The notes below the pieces were generated by a model. It saw only the letters and a program-made list of their open reading frames with translations, did no database searches and was not told where the DNA came from. The translations under genes and the position numbers were made by a program. A DNA stretch of 64,000 nucleotides, taken from contig NW_004797278.1 in NCBI RefSeq assembly GCF_000002075.1, forward strand, positions 2,094,009-2,158,008, read 5' to 3'. This document shows, piece by piece, positions 1 to 24,600 of the stretch. Numbering within the stretch: position 1 is the first letter of the stretch; every line of letters begins with the position of its first letter. The DNA is from Aplysia californica (lineage: Eukaryota).

Positions 1-119
1 AGACTAACTAATTGCTATTGAATCTCCATATTCCTCAGTGGATAGTCTCAGGTCATTTGGTAGAGGTTCTGGTGCTTTTAAAGGTTTATTGATCTGAATT
101 TTTTCTCTTCAAATTTCAG

Positions 120-12160
<12,041 letters not shown>

Positions 12161-13167
12161 TCTGGGGAAGGTTGTTGACTTTGTAGCCAGCATTTTTGTC
12201 ATGATAAGTAATAAGAGTTGTGAGAGTGTTATGTTTGAATTTTTGTTGAGTGTCGTAAGGTTTAATTTGAATAAAAAGTTTTGACATATTTCTGTGGAAT
12301 TAGAAAAGCGATGAAAAGTGTTGGGATGTTTTAAGGTCAGGCAGAAACATTTCTGTGTGAAATAAAAATGCTGAAATCTCCATGGGCTTTAATGCAAGCA
12401 TGTTTCTTAACCACTTAACCTACAAAATGAATTGGTTCTCTTTATTTTTTGCCAAGCTAGTTATTTTGATTAAGAGAAAAATATTTTTCATGATAAAACC
12501 AGGAGTTAAAATGATATGTTTTTTTATTATATTTTCATGGAAACGATAAGAACAGCAATGCTTGTTCAAGAACAATCCTGAAGTTTTGCTTTGTCCATTT
12601 TTTTGTTCTGGCCATTTTTCAATCAGAATTTAGATCATATTTAATTTTGCTATCGTGCAATATGGTTGTTACTCATAAGTCGTGCTATTTCAATGAAGTT
12701 GACTCAGTAACGTGTTGAGTAGTTAATATTTCATATTGCCAGTTCTGTTAACTTTTTCAGACGGATGTAAAAGACACACATTTCAGTTAAGTATGGTTAT
12801 GTTGGTTTTGAGTCTACTAGGTGCTTTTTTGATTGCCTCAGTATTGTATTGGGGGCGTTTTCACTTGTTTCCATGAAGGACTCTTGAGAATTCTTGTACA
12901 ACTGTGATAACTGTAGAAATGTGGGTTTGTTTCGTTAGTGTAGGTCTTATGTGATAACTTTTTTTGTGGACTGGCCAGTGGATTTGTTTACTTTGGTACA
13001 GGTGCTGCTCAGTTGATTGCCAACAATGTGCACATAGCTGTACCCTTTTTCTCCTTAGATTCTTTTTATATCGTTGCCATGTGTAGCACATCTACAGTTT
13101 TAGACAGAAAAATATGTCTTCACTTTACAGCAGACTTTTGTTCTTTATCTATATGATTGGATTTATC

Positions 13168-13173
13168 AATAAA
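13168..13173 (+). promoter_or_regulatory. Candidate LAP3 polyadenylation signal (alternative AATAAA at 12270-12275)
   Basis: AATAAA followed about 20 nt later by a GT/T-rich tract. Confidence 0.45.
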
Positions 13174-15719
13174 TTCTAAGAGACTATGATGTTTGTTGCT
13201 TTCTAGTTAAATTTGTTGTACTATTTGTGTTTTTTCTTGTATTAATGCAAAGGGCACATGAAAGAGATATGGTATGCCTTTTTAAACCCTGCAAGTTGTG
13301 TGATTAATTGATTGAGGCAGGACCTGTGAATTTCACAACCATCTCTAAGTCTGAGAGAGGGTGAAGAGACTATATTTGTTGTGCCCTGATGTTTTCTGTA
13401 CACTTTTCTCTCATGTTTGGAAGGATCTCTTGTCCAGGGGCTCTGCCTGTATGATGTAATTTCATTTGTGTTCAGTGGGTGGTGGGAGGATACCTTGGGC
13501 AATTTACAATTTTTCTGTGCTATTGTTTATCTCTGTTTCTATTATATTCTACTTCTACAGACACAAATTATTACCTGAAAAAAATACTTCATTGAAATTT
13601 GTTTTTAATGGCTTGTATACATTCAAAGCATATGATTTATTTTATTATCACAAAATATAAACCAAACTAGAATCAATTCTTGTCCACAAGCACTATTGTA
13701 AGTCATCAGCGTTTCAATCGATTTTACAAATAGTGAGCATGTTTTATTCATGCAAGCATTCCAGTCACTGATATCTGTGATGCGATTAAGTGCTTCACTG
13801 TCACATGCAGGAGAACCAAGTTTGACTCACAAGAGGGGAGAACTTTTAAAGAGTACCTTGGTCTTTCTGTTGAGATGTTGTTTCAGTCTTGGCCCAGGTT
13901 AGCCCTGACAGGCAGGGTCGAAGCCCACCTCTTAAATTATGGTCTAATTTGTGTTGAAGGGTGCATAGAAACGCCTGCATTTTTAAAAAAATGTACGTCT
14001 CAGTGACCACCTAATTTAATGTTGTTATATTATAGCTTGACTTTGTTTGAATCTGCCTCCACTTGATCACTGTGACCCTGGAACTGTTAACACTGTTTAT
14101 GTGACTTTGATTTAGATTCTAGAACCACTATCATAAATCATGCACTTTCATTTTGTGAGAAATTACAAAGTGGCAGTATCTGAAACCTCTAAAACAACAA
14201 CATATATACACCTAATGTTTAGGTTAAAACCTTTCTTCAAGAAACATAGTAAATGGCAGTGAACTCACAGATGGTCATAAGAAACACATATATTTTAAAA
14301 AAAGAAAAGAAGCGCAGGGCTTGGGAAAAAGCCAGTGAATGGACTTGGGGAAAAAATTGAAATGTGGAGGGCAAGAAAGAGATTAGACAGCTGTAAGTGC
14401 TATGACTGACCTCTTCAGGAACCCTTTAGTTGCAGCTGCACAATAACAAGGAGTTGTGAGATAAAGACTTTAAAGAGATAAAGGAAAAGGAGGGGGGCGG
14501 GGGGTTGAAAGAGAGAGGGAGAGAGTTTAACATGTATTATGTCAATACATCAGGTAACCTGCCCAGCTCTCTGACCAGCTTGGGTTTCTCTGCAAGACTT
14601 CTTATCTCTGTACCAGTTTTCTGGCTGCTTTAAGGTAATCATGGGTAGTGCAATAATGTGGGGTTTTTTTGGTAAGACTAAGACTACATATATTTCATTG
14701 TGAGTGAGGTTAAGCTCATAATATACATGTTGCAAAAATAATTATGAAAACTTAAGCACTCCCCAAGGAAAGAATTCTTAAATGCTGCATGACCATGCAA
14801 AGATGAAACCTTAATAAATCTGTAGCTCTATTTTAGTACTTCTCTCCTATAATATACGATTCCCCAAGGCTCTTTAGCTCGTACATAATAATATATTTGT
14901 TTTTTAATGCATATATTATATATCGAGTTCAGATGTGAACTCAGCCAATCTTTCTGAATATTGTTGCCATAACGTATACAAACTGACAGCCCTTGCTCAA
15001 TCAGAGATCAGCTGGAGAATTTATTTTTATCCTATACTGATACCTAATAAATAGATATCCATCCTAACTTTGAAGATTTTTTTTCACCTAAATGATAATT
15101 TTCTGCACAAATTTATGAATAAAATTAGGAAACCCCTATCAATTTTGACACCACTCAGACTCCTTACAGATTTTTGTCAAAACGATGTTAAAAGTAAATG
15201 CTGGATGTGTACTTTTCAATACAGCAGAGAAAAAGATCAATTATAATTATAATGCTCATTTCTTTTTGAAAAAATGCACACACAGCCAAATTTAATGCAG
15301 TAGCACAGGATCTTTTAAGGCAATCTAAACAATTCTTTTTCTTGAACCTTGCTTGTAATGGTTGTATGACATACGTGACTATAAAATTAAGTGAACAGTA
15401 ATTCAATAATATGCCATAGATTAAAGACTCTTTCATGAATTTCCAGTATTAAAAATCAAACCAAATAACATGCAATCGAACTCTGCGCCGTGGGTATTAA
15501 TATTTTACACACTTAATTTTCATACACATTTATTAGCAGAGCGCCTGGTTTGATATCACAAACTATAGTAAAAGTATCGTGTAGTATTTTCTCTGTTCAG
15601 AAAAGCTTGTGGGACTTTGAGCTGATAGATTGAAATGAATGCAGAGCAAAAGATAGAAAATGCATTTCCAAGGGTAAAAACTAACTCCCTTCAACTGCAG
15701 TTGAAAACATCATGATAAA

Positions 15720-16684
15720 CAGTAGTCTCTGCCTAAACGCACGCTATTCAAAAGCACGCTCCGCTCAATTGCACGCTTTCGTCATATGACGGGTTTTTCA
15801 CTTTATAATCTAGATGTACAAACACACGGTCACTCCCTCTAAACGAACGATTTAATCCACGAAACGTGCCGACAGGTAAAGCTTGACAAAGTGAAATGTT
15901 TGCTACAAACTGCACAGCTTGCATAAGACAAGCCTAGAAAACAGGATATTTGGTGAGACTTCCCTTCACGCCGAACAAAGAGAGTGATGGACAACGTTTT
16001 CACACTTTCCACAGACAGTACATATAGGTCTAGGACAGGTCGGTGAAATGTTGGGGGGGTTGAAATGTTTTTTGATTGGTCACTGATTGAAAGTTTGAGA
16101 GAAGGTCTCTGACTGGTGTTTGGGCGACTGCATAATAATGTAGTGTTTAGTTAGACCTCGGCCTTTGAAGCGCAACACATGTGAATGCTGTAGAACACTA
16201 GATAGGCCTCTTCTTTAGGATTAAAGATTAGTCAAGTAAACCTAATCAGCTGCGCTCGAAAAACTTATAATGTACTTGTTCAATGAATCACAAGAGAAAT
16301 GTTTGTCTGAATGTAGAGATCTATCATTCATCATTCCAATGTTGTCCTTGAATTTACAGTCGGGGACTGGTCGCTTGGAAAGCCATGTGGCTGGGCCGTT
16401 GTCTTTATGACTATCACCAACAGTTTCCTATTAGGCTATCTGTTCCTTTGTATTCTTAACTGCAGTCAGGGAATCCTTCACAAAACAGTCACGTTTCGTC
16501 ACATTATCGGTCGGCCAAAGTGACTTAAATGAACCCCACCTCCAAGGGAGGTCACTTGAACATCAAGGAATTTCGATGACTGTGTCCCTTCCTCCTTTTG
16601 CACAGGTTCATGTAAACGCATGCTCCATATAAACCCACGCTAAGGAGCTTTCGCGGGCACCGTGCGTTTAGGTAGAGACTACTG
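15720..16684. mobile_element. Tc1/mariner (pogo/Tigger-like) non-autonomous element
   Basis: 24-bp TIR CAGTAGTCTCT(G/A)CCTAAACGCACG with one mismatch. TA follows the right end; the left flank reads AA. Confidence 0.85.
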
Positions 16685-18669
16685 TAATATAATTGTCATA
16701 CTGCATAGATTTCTTCTCAAAACCAGCCTACCAGTCACAACCTTGAACCTTGTCAAAAGTCAAGATGACAGAATAGAGAAAGCAAATCAAAAAGTGAATG
16801 TTAAAAATCAATCAAGTTCAATCCAAAGCAGTGTTTCTGTTAATGATCTGAAGTGCTCATCACATTAGGAGTGTACTGAAAAAAAGTTTCTGGTTAAAAT
16901 GGTTTCCAAGTAGTGACTATCTGGAACTACATGATAGTTATTTACATACATTGGAAGTAATTTTAAATATTATTTTTGTGTATCAACACAACAATCATCT
17001 AAATTTAAGTCTAAGATTTGAGTAAGGAGAATATCTAATCTCACTGTGGCTTGCAAAACAAAAGAGTCAATAATTTGCCTACATGTATTTTATTTGTGCT
17101 CATCATCATGAGTGTAAGGCATCACAGTGATTGAGAACATTTTATGGCATTGGTCGATCAGTCTAAATATTCAAAGCCGTGGAGAAAAGCAACAATTCAG
17201 ATGGGAACGAGGAAATAAATGGCCTGTTGGAATTACTGTCTAGGATTCACTTAAAACCAAATAATTAGCATTCTAAGTGTTGTGTAAGCATTTTAAGAAA
17301 ACATTCACTGGTCCAACTTTTCACAACAGTGTCTTTACGGTGGTCTTACTATACATTAACAAAATATAAGCACCGAATTTAAAAAGCATAAAACAAGCAA
17401 TTACCAATAGTATGACCCCAAACATCAATTACGGTATGTTGTTCACTCAGCTAAAAACTTCCCTTGATGAAAATATTACTCAACAAAAGCAGATTTAACC
17501 AAAGTACAATTACATTACATTTCTTTAGCATACGAAAGCATTACATAGGCACATACACCACAGCAAGCATATTATGAGTAAACTCCCCACTCTTGAACTA
17601 AATAGAAATAAAACAGGCATGTACCGATCATCACAATAAGTTTACTGGAATTCAGAGATGGCTGTTTGACAGCATGTCCTACAAAACTAAACAGTATGGC
17701 ACCAAAAAGAAATTTTAAAAAATCAAATAATAAACTAACAAATCTATACCACATTGCAGTAAATTCAAGATTTGCCAGATTAAAGACAAGAAAAAACAAA
17801 TGTGTCATTGCTGTGAGATGACAGGTTGAGTACATCATTTTTCTATTGCATGTCCCATTAAACTATTATATTATGGTAACCCAATGTCTGCCACTGTAAG
17901 TTTTATCATTGAAGAATAAATAGCAATATTCAAACAGCAAATAAAATTAGAGACTGAAAATGGTTTCTGGAATTAGGACCTTTAATATATAAAAATGGTT
18001 TGAATTTGCTAAAATATTTTTCATTCAATACATCATAAATACAAGTTGCAAGATACTATGGTGGGTATCTACTCATACATCAAGTAGTATAACTGAGTTA
18101 ACAAGTCAGAATCATAAATCAGTGACATCTCAAACAACTATATCATCCTCACCCTGACTGCTAAGAACATTTCTCGCTTTATTTTTCAACAATTTTTAGA
18201 AGGAAAAAAGTTAAGTTTGTGACAACAATGAGAATTGATTGTTTTATAAACTATAAACCATCGTAACAATGAAGTTGCACGAAAAATAAATGACAACAGC
18301 AGTTACAATTTAAAAGTAAGGAATTAATCCTTCTAAGAATGTATGAATGAAGACGAAACATTAACACAGTCCAGCACTGAGTAAACCTTATCAGAATGCC
18401 CACTTTCCAAGAGGCTTCTCTTTAATGACTCCATGAATAAATGAAGCACAAGACTAGAACAGCTTATTGCAGTTCACAATTCCCTACAAAAAAAATCATG
18501 AGATTGTAGATTTCCTATTGCCTATAATTGCATATATCCCTAATAAAGGCAATGTTGCCTGAATTATACACGTAGGAAAAACAAAATTAAGAGGAGCCTA
18601 CGTACATGGTCATTGCACAAGCAAATAGCCCTGTAAAGTTAAATAACTAACATGTCCGTATAAATCACA

Positions 18670-21600
18670 TTACAACAAAGACTTGAAAGTCTGACTGCAC
18701 TCATAGTGCTGTCCAGCAGGCAGAGTCACAGGCTCATCCACTTTGCCGGCCTCCACACAGATCATCTCTTTGTATCCCAAGTCATCAAAGTCACCCATCT
18801 CTTTCGCCTTTTCTTCCCATGGGTTCCACACAACTGTAGGTAGATGAAAAGTCTGTTAACACTTTGACCTTCACAAAATCTATTTCTTTTTTCAAATTAA
18901 ACCTATATTAAAAAATGTGAGTCTTAAAATTATATAATAATCTTTTTCGTATAAATATAGTCTTTTCACCTCACATCAAACATGATTTTTAATAATCTCA
19001 AATGTCATGGAACATATCTGATACCATCTTCAAATATCATCAAAATTTATAGTAGTTCATCAAGTCACCACTCCATTTCTTCTAATCATTTAATAGTCAT
19101 TCTATAATACCTCAATTGTATTGTCACATATTTGTCTCGCAAAATGAAAACAATTTTTCTCACAAAGCTCTCTACACAGGTTTATTTTGCAAATGGGGGC
19201 ATCGACCATTCCATGATGCCTCCTCCTCAATGACTTTTAATCTAAAAGTACTTCAACAACACTACATTCCAATCTAATACTCACTAATAGTCAAAGTAAC
19301 ATCACACAGCCAAATATAAAAATATAGCCAGTAACACTTTTACGATGCCCCATTACCTGCTTTTCGTGTCTGATTCAGACATCTAACTTATACTATATAC
19401 TATAATGTTGCGTAGTACTACAAAGATTTCTAGAATCCTTCTTTGTATTATCTTGAGAGGCTGACCACACTTTGAAATTTGAAAGATTTAATGTTCATTA
19501 AGAAGCTGAAATTGAAATCAAAATATATATCCCCTCAACTTAAGTCCTTTAACCCTCTGAGCCCTTGCCACGGTACACCGGTGGTGTGTATTACTGCCCG
19601 TATGCCTAGCCACCGGTACACCGGTGGTGTGTATAACTGCCCGTATGCCTAGCCACCAGTACAACGGGGAGAGAGACCCCATCCCTAACCCGGCCCGCCT
19701 GAGACAAAACGTGTATGGAAAACAGCGTTTACTACACAAGACGTTATTGATTATTTTGTAGATCTTTCTGAATTATATACTGGTAATGACAATGAATACC
19801 CTGGGTGGGATATATGGAATGTGATTCTGACGATCATGTGAATGTTAGTAATATATCACTCAGGAGCTCAGGCAGAGGGGCACGGTAGCCTTAGGAGGTC
19901 ACAGCTCAAAGGGTTAAGGGATAAAGATTAGGTATCATGATATATTATATATCGCATATGAACTTTGGTATGCCTTAAGCAACTCACCAATGTCTGGAAG
20001 GTTGAACGTAATAAGTTCAATTTTCCTGCTGGGGTTACCTCCACTCACAATCTGTATAGTCTTTGGTGCATTTTTGTACACCCTGTTTTAAATTTAAAGA
20101 AAGAAATATAATTTAAGCATTAAAAACTCTTACTACTTACACGATCAGTATATGAAAAAAATTGCATAAATAATTTTGTATTTCATTATTTTCCCTAGTG
20201 CTGTCACAACAACCAATTCCAGAGGATTCAAAGGACAAACATTTTAAGGAGTAATTTTGGAGATAAAGAAGTCCTCATACAATTCATAAGAATAAAACTA
20301 AGGAAAAAAATTATGACTCAACCTTGATAAACAGGTTGCTTTTACGTGCTTATAAGATACTGTTTGTGACACTGCAAGACAAGAGTTCTTCATTCATATC
20401 TATTGGGCCATAATGCAAAATAGGCCACCTTACAATCGCATTTTGTCTCCTTTCGCCATACTTTTTCCTCACATAAAATTCAATCCAGCTAGCTCAACAA
20501 GGTAGAAATGTGAATTCATGGGTGCTTTCTAAAGCTCCAGACACAGTAAACAACAAAAGAAAAGATTTAAGAATGACCCAACTCTAAAATATAAAACCTT
20601 CTACCGAAAACCTTCCATGCATAACTTTTGTGACAGCATTCTAAAACAGTAATACTGTTTACACCAAACTCACAGAAAATGCCAAGAGAAAGATCAAATG
20701 ATAGTTTCAGTTCAGACTTGATGTTGTAGAAATCACTCATAGCAAAAATGCGTTACATACCTGTCATAATTTCTATCAATTGTGACTTCATCACGAGTCT
20801 CCCTTTCCTGTTTTCCATCTTTCAGCTGTAATATAAATCAAGTAAATGAGAATTAGCATACAACACTATTATCAAAATTTATGGTTTTCAAAATTTATGC
20901 TTACACAAGTGCTCGAGCTAATATACCAAAGTACAACAAATTCAGAGCTTCAAAATGATAAATTAATAATATGATGTTCTTCGCTATAATAAAGTGTAAA
21001 GTTTCATATGAATTTACAAAAAAATCTGTCATCTACTTGTTAAAATTAATTGAGTCACCAACCCATGCATTGACATTTTGCTTATTTTATGCAAAGATTA
21101 TATGGGCAATTTCCTTTCCTTTTGAAGGAAAAGTATGCAAAGATTAGATCACTAAATTATTATGTATATTACTTTTATCATGTCATCAAATGAGCTTAGT
21201 TACAGTACAGCATTTGCACAGAAAAAGAAATGAAAACTTAAGAAATAAAAGAAATTCATTTCTTTCGATTTCACAATTCAATATTTTTACAGAACAAGTC
21301 TTCAAACCTGAAAAAAAGTACAAAATTGTTATTAGAACAAAAACTGATATTAGGAAAGTTGTTATTAACACACTTTCCTATAGATGTAAGTCAGTTCCGA
21401 GACAAACAAGATCCACATTGTGAATTTCAAATTCTTACCCCAGAATTTCAACTACGAAAATCAATTTGCAAATAAGAATATATGCTTAAAATTAACCAGT
21501 GCCACTGAAAATAGTGGATGCCCAGGTTCTACTATTAAGAATTCTTTCAAAACAAAACTAAATAAATTACCTTATCAGTAAATGCAAGTCCTTTGAGTCC

Positions 21601-24600
21601 TGAGACAGCCGTACTGGTGATATCTGCTACCCTAAAGTAGGTATGCATCAGGCAGGTAAAACCTAAACTCTTACTGTCTGTGGAATATAATTGAATTCAA
21701 ACATTAAAGAAAAACAGATGGAGGCGGAGTGAGACTTAAAGGACTACAATGGTATCTACAGGATCAATAAAAATAGCTACTTCAAGAAACTTAGGACAGC
21801 AAACTGGTAAATGAAAAGAAAATTCATTTACCAAAGAATTACTTTGCCCTATAAACAACTTACAGTAAGAAGAAATATTTAAATGAAATTTATCCATATT
21901 TCTGATGTACTTTATCGTCCAAAAAAAGGAAATATTTATCCTATCTGGCAACACAAACAAACTAAAACTGGACTAGAAGTTGCTCCTGGTCATTTTCTGA
22001 GGCGTTACACAAGTCTGGTTTTCAGGTTACATATTCACATTGAACGAAGACAAAGTATAACAAATTTGAAAAAGAAGCATTTTCTGCACCGTGCACACAA
22101 AGAGTAAACTTTCTGTTTAACACAGAGCTTCTTTTTTTGTTTCCCCCTCCTCAATGACAGCAACTAGACAGTCAGTCTGATGTCGCGCACAAACTGTGCA
22201 GTCTGCTTCAAATCTGAGAGACTGCAATAGAGCTTTCTCTCAAGGGAAGTCACATGCTGCCACGTCTGTGTACAAAGAGTAGCGAAGCGTGGGCAGTGCT
22301 GAAGGACATGGTTGGCATCCTCTTGGTCGTGTCCACTTTCACAGATCGTGGACTCTTCCACTTTTAATTTAGTGTGCATATGGTGTTTGAGTCTGTTGTG
22401 GCCACAACGTAGTCAAAAGATTGTGACCTGGTCTGCTCCATTTAGCCTGTAGTAGGGGTCACGTCTGTTGTGTTTAGGGTGGGATTTTTTCATCTGTTTC
22501 TTAAGGTAGATTTTATTAGCGTTTTTGACTCTGAGAGATCCATGCCATCTTCAATCTGGATCATTTTGGCTCCTTCTTTAGCTAAATCGTCTGCTTTTTC
22601 ATTTCCATGAATGCCACAGTGACCAGGTATCCACTGCAGAGTTGAGTGGGCTTGGGAGCTTAGATCACTTAAGAGTGAAAGGAGTCGTCGTACTTGAGCT
22701 GATTGTGGCTTTTGGAGAGCTTGTAAGACATATTTGGCATCTGTGAGGATGACGGTGTTGGCTTCAGATTTTTGGTGATTCAAGAGAAGGGTGGCTGCTG
22801 TTTCGAGTGCTGATGTTTCTGCTTTGTAATTGGAAGATAGAGATCCTGTAGGGATGGAATGGCTTTCTGTTGACCCATCTATCCACTCTACGTAAATACA
22901 TCCACCACCTTTTCTGACTGCATCAGTTGCTGATTCATCTGTGTAAACTCGATTCCACCGGTTGCTTGGAAAGTTTCTGTCCAGGTAGTCGAGTGTCAGT
23001 GACTTGAGTATCGGAGGAGGGACTTCAGATTTGGTGCCAAGCTCTTCTAGGTTCTCTCGAATTTGAGGGGGGTGGCTAGTCTGAAGAGGGTGGACTTGAC
23101 ACGGGTCTAGTGGGGTTGGAGATTCTTCAAGAGAGATTTCAATTCCAGAGCTGGAGTGTCTGGCCATATGGAGGAAGCTTGTTCTTTTTAAGCGTTTGCT
23201 CTGGCTTTTTGAAGATCTATCCTTCATTGGGTGGGTTGGCATTCTTTTGACCTTTTCCTGATGAACAATCGCTTTCAGATCGCGTCTGTCGTTTAGGGGT
23301 TCTAACCCATTTAGTGTCTCCATGGCATGAATGGGCGTAGATCTCATTGCTCTCGTGATGATCCGTAGATTTCGATTCTGGATTCTCGCTACTTTGTGGA
23401 AGTTGCTGTCTGATGCTGTTCCCCACGCTGCGATACCATATTCCAGGACTGGGCGGACATATCCAACATAGGCGCCACGTAAGACAGAGTGGTTTGCTCC
23501 CCAATCTGACCCTGCCAACTTTCTAAGCAGTGCTGTTCTTCTGTTACCTTTACTTTTGCACCTCTCTGTTTGGGCTTGCCACGTTAGTCTTGGATCAAAC
23601 GTCACGCCCAAATAAGTGGGATTTGACTCGTGTTGTAGAGTGTTTCCATCAAGATGCAAGTTTACCTTTCAGGGTTTTGGTGAGAGGCTGAATGTTATGT
23701 ACGTGGTCTTAAGACAGAAAGTTTAATTACCAGTGTTGTGGACTGAAAATGATGAAACAAGAGAGTCCTCCTTCAGCTCCAAGGTGTAAACCAGTTTGAA
23801 CCTGTCAAGCAAGAATGATGAAAGATACTGTAAACTTATTTACTGCAGGATGCTGCTGAGACTTTACTCAGCCTTTCATGTTTAAGTAATAAATACACAC
23901 ACACATACACATCTGTGCACGCACACTCACACGCATACATACACATACACAATCACACACACACACACACACACACAACCATAAACTAACATGTTATTCA
24001 CTATCTTCAGGACTCCTGTACTGCACATCTGTATTTATGCAGAGGAAAGGCTCCATGTGCGCTAAAATCATACATGGGAAAAAAGAAATAAGTCTCTCAC
24101 TCATGCCTGGCTTCAGTAAGCTGAGCTCAATGGATAACTTTTTTCTCCTCAAAACTCATCTTACCTTTCTTCTGCTGCATTAGAAATCTTTGCTTAGTTG
24201 GACCTGTTAGTAAGAGTTGTATTTCCTCAAAGTACCATTCCTTCACAGATCATATCTTCTAGTACTAGAGTGGAGTCAGGTAACTTCGCCACTCTCAGTT
24301 AGCTTGCAATGAAACAAGCCTACATCCCCTCTATGCTCAACATGCATGACCCCTGTTTTGTCTGCAACTTTTCGTAGCCAGTGAAAAAAAAGAGTCCACT
24401 GATTGGCTTGCTTGCTAGTTGTACTTCAGCTGCTTTGTTCTTTTTTTTTTTTTTTCCTAGTGGATGTGATGATGGGGAACTTCGAAAGTCTTTGAGGGGA
24501 AATTTGCCATACTGGGAGATCATCTTATTTCATGATATGTAGATTATTGTTGTCTGTCTCATTATCCAATCCACTGCTAATAAAAAGAGAAAAGGCGATA

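Noticed and set aside
13700-13720. Hammerhead core (CTGATGA next to GAAAC on the minus strand)
   Set aside because: Motifs are in the wrong order with no stem II; no other CTGANGA..GAAA pair with supporting stems was noticed.
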